A stretch of DNA of 64,000 nucleotides, taken from the IMG/VR virus record IMGVR_UViG_3300028030_000352. The stretch is one strand, 5' to 3'. Shown here in pieces: positions 61,626-64,000 of the stretch. The stretch's first letter is position 1; each line of letters begins with the position of its first letter. The notes under the pieces are model-generated. The model ran no database searches. It saw nothing but the letters and a program-made list of their open reading frames with translations, and was not told where the DNA came from. The translations under genes and the position numbers were made by a program. Source of the stretch: an uncultured virus (IMG/VR IMGVR_UViG_3300028030_000352). Lineage: Duplodnaviria > Heunggongvirae > Uroviricota > Caudoviricetes.

Positions 61626-62386
61626 TTATTGATCCTATTTAGTTTAATTGCCGACGCTATTGTATGTACTGGTAACACAGATACTATGAGGTTATCATAT
61701 GGATTGTCTTTACCGATCCAATTTAGCGCCATTTCAATTAGTCTATCACTATCCATGACTATGCTGTCAACAAATTCAGTAAACAGTCTTTTCGTGTCCA
61801 TCATGTACATCATTGTATTACTAATATTTCCCATTGCGAGGATAACTGTCAGTATTTCATAAAATGCATCAATAATTATATCACTGTCTGTTTGCTCTTT
61901 TTTATCAAATAGACTTATTTGTTTATCACCAAATTCTACTCCTAGTTTTTTTGTTTTACCATTGATGGTGATTGAAAAACTATAATCCACGATACTTCTA
62001 TTGTTGTTTACTCTAATAAGATAAACATAGTCCCACTTAATTGAATCAATAATCTTTTGGGATTTATTTACATCATCAATAATTTGTTTTTTATCACTTA
62101 TGCTATCATTAACAATAATGTCCGCATACTTGTCTATAATCATTTTTGCATCAGCAAATTTGGCTACCATACTCTTAAATTGTTTCTCATTATCGATGAA
62201 AACATTATAATTTGACTTTTCACCAGTAACACTATCAATGATTTGCAATTGAGTCATGTATGTACTGACTATTATGGTAGCATTAAGTTTTTTACCTGTC
62301 ACTGCTTTTACTAATGACTTGATTCTTATTTCGTGATCGAAAAACTCTACGTCTTTTACACTCAATACCTCAATTTTTGTTACCAT
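61622..62386 (-). CDS. Paralogue family E protein
   Basis: Similar to 59240..60061; ends IKLNRINK. Confidence 0.8.
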   Translation of the reverse strand: MVTKIEVLSVKDVEFFDHEIRIKSLVKAVTGKKLNATIIVSTYMTQLQIIDSVTGEKSNYNVFIDNEKQFKSMVAKFADAKMIIDKYADIIVNDSISDKKQIIDDVNKSQKIIDSIKWDYVYLIRVNNNRSIVDYSFSITINGKTKKLGVEFGDKQISLFDKKEQTDSDIIIDAFYEILTVILAMGNISNTMMYMMDTKRLFTEFVDSIVMDSDRLIEMALNWIGKDNPYDNLIVSVLPVHTIASAIKLNRINK

Positions 62387-62396
62387 AGCTTCTGCC

Positions 62397-62466
62397 TTCC
62401 TTTATATCTTCCTGGCTTTTCATGTATTCAATGGCTTGACATAGCCTAACATATCATAAAGTGGCA
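62397..62466. repeat. Rearranged third copy of the 85-bp element
   Basis: 62397-62414 is the reverse complement of caggaagatataaaggaa; 62431-62466 atggcttgacatagcc...ataaagtggca is in direct orientation. Confidence 0.8.
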
Positions 62467-62484
62467 AGGGGATACTGTCCTGTG

Positions 62485-63201
62485 TTACGACGATATTTTT
62501 TTCATTGAATAGAGTCTTTTGTATGTTTCCCTTATATTTTTTGGGAATACTCTATTAAAATATTCGTCATTTGTGCTATCACGAAGTGCCTGTTCTATTC
62601 CATAAATTAGATCGTCCGGAACTATCAGGTAAAACAATTTATTATTTCTAAAGTCACCGTATGATTTTAGGGTGTCATATGTATCTCTATCAACATGTTT
62701 TAGTATGGTTGATAAAATCAGCGTTACCGGTGAAACGCTATATTGAAGTATTCCATGTCTGGACCAACCTGTGATCCTTTTGATGGTGTCACCGTTATAC
62801 GTGAATTTTATACTGAATTTTACTAAATTTCCATATCTAAACGCTATGATTTCTTCTATTTTTACTTTTTTACTTAATTTTCGTCTTATTTTAACATATT
62901 CATGAAACTCACTGGAATCTGTGAATTTGCGTATATTACCAAACACATATCCCGTCCAGTGCTCTGACATGATTAACTTTTCATACAGTTTATCGGGAAT
63001 ATGAACACTTTCAAAATAACCGCTATATGACGATTCATTAAGATTTGTTAAAATTGCTTTTTCTAGACTTGACTTCTTCATACTTCCGGTAACGTCAATG
63101 TTAACCGACATATCATGATTTTCACCGTTGTATATAAAACTAATTTCTATTTTTAAATATGATGATGATACGTTATACGCTTTTATGTCAGTGACTATCA
63201 T
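62485..63201 (-). CDS. Paralogue family C protein
   Basis: IPDKLYEKLIMSEHW, FTYNG, IVPDDLI; ends LYSMKKISS. Confidence 0.82.
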   Translation of the reverse strand: MIVTDIKAYNVSSSYLKIEISFIYNGENHDMSVNIDVTGSMKKSSLEKAILTNLNESSYSGYFESVHIPDKLYEKLIMSEHWTGYVFGNIRKFTDSSEFHEYVKIRRKLSKKVKIEEIIAFRYGNLVKFSIKFTYNGDTIKRITGWSRHGILQYSVSPVTLILSTILKHVDRDTYDTLKSYGDFRNNKLFYLIVPDDLIYGIEQALRDSTNDEYFNRVFPKNIRETYKRLYSMKKISS

Positions 63202-64000
63202 GTTTGCACTCTTATCATTCTAAGAAAATCATCGAGACCTCCCAGATTATGCTTCCTTATTGTCATGTTTATATCATACATTTCCCACTCAATGACGTCC
63301 TCTATTATTTCATCACGAGTGTATTTACCGGAAAGTTTGTTTATGAATCTAGAAAGTCTTGTCATACCGGATTCATAGAACATGTTACGAATATGCTCTA
63401 GTTTATCCACTCTCCAGTTACATAGATCCTGGTTAAACGCCATTGCTCTGGCAAACATGCTTTCCATTCTTTCTACGTTAGACACGTCCCAGTTCCCAAT
63501 CGGCTGATTGAAACTTAGTGCCTCACAAAACATAGCATTCATATTATCAACGTTTGATGTGTCCCAATTCCCAATTGGCTGATTGAATGCTGCAGCACTA
63601 TCAAACATGTAACTCATGTCAGTTACTTTACTCGTATTCCAATTCCCAATTGGTTGATTGAAACTGAACGCGTTATTAAACATGTGGTTCATGTCAACTG
63701 TTTTACTTGTGTCCCATCTACTGATGTCTTGATTGAATGATGAAGCATTTTCAAACATCCCATCCATATACTCAACATTCGAAGTATTCCATCTTCCGAT
63801 CGGTTGATTAAACATTCTTGCATCGTTAAACATATGACTCATGTGCACAACGTTCGACGTGTCCCATCGAGAGATATCCTGATTGAAACTGGACGCCCCG
63901 CCGAACATGTCATTCATGTTAGTCACATTAGATGTGTCCCACCTACTGATGTCCTGATTAAAATCAGGTTTTTCGGCAAATAAACAGGACATGTCAGTGA
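63198..64000 (-). CDS. DUF285/BspA-type repeat protein (5' end outside window)
   Basis: DUF285 repeats; ends FLRMIRVQT. Confidence 0.92.
   Translation of the reverse strand, partial: TDMSCLFAEKPDFNQDISRWDTSNVTNMNDMFGGASSFNQDISRWDTSNVVHMSHMFNDARMFNQPIGRWNTSNVEYMDGMFENASSFNQDISRWDTSKTVDMNHMFNNAFSFNQPIGNWNTSKVTDMSYMFDSAAAFNQPIGNWDTSNVDNMNAMFCEALSFNQPIGNWDVSNVERMESMFARAMAFNQDLCNWRVDKLEHIRNMFYESGMTRLSRFINKLSGKYTRDEIIEDVIEWEMYDINMTIRKHNLGGLDDFLRMIRVQT

Noticed and set aside
5911..63401. Numerous short + strand ORFs opposite minus-strand genes, including alternate frames of the tandem repeats
   Set aside because: Antisense shadows of AT-rich coding sequence
25843..64000. Diversity-generating retroelement behind DUF285 variation
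   Set aside because: No reverse transcriptase and no TR/VR pair with adenine-specific differences seen
1..64000. cas1/cas2/cas4, integrase, transposase, tRNA, rRNA, virion structural genes
   Set aside because: No recognisable motifs in this window; they may lie outside it
1..64000. Eukaryotic giant virus origin (ankyrin, DUF285 and Sel1 genes)
   Set aside because: Sigma70-like promoters, ATGA coupling, lipobox and CRISPR-Cas point to a prokaryotic host

Overview
AT-rich, gene-dense and almost entirely minus-strand window from 2.2 kb onward, with many overlapping stop/start codons and mostly hypothetical proteins. It is most consistent with a jumbo phage or another large prokaryotic mobile element (inference; no capsid, terminase or rRNA marker is recognisable here). 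Main content: (1) A scrambled, adaptation-less type I-C CRISPR-Cas system at 10.0-23.2 kb: cas7-cas5, cas3 and cas8c are separated by CRISPR arrays (16, 38 and 3 repeats of one 36-bp repeat, each with its own copy of a ~200-bp leader). cas8c lacks its C-terminal Cas11 domain, and a separate Cas11c-like gene lies 9.4 kb away. (2) An accessory region built from repeated cassettes: 15 signal-peptide-less DUF285/BspA-type repeat genes, a two-gene module present 5 times and further paralogue families. (3) A shared C-terminal peptide motif (roughly Y-x-K-M-x-K/R-I-N/T-E/K/Q) on about 40 proteins from several unrelated families, absent from the housekeeping and Cas proteins. (4) A three-gene helicase-nuclease/methyltransferase R-M-like cluster, a truncated purB, dcd, a papain-like peptidase, a stand-alone CHC2 zinc finger, a Sel1 lipoprotein, a stand-alone SLOG-like protein, several long hairpins and a probable structured RNA at 170-460. 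All calls are by-eye motif recognition; no database search was run.
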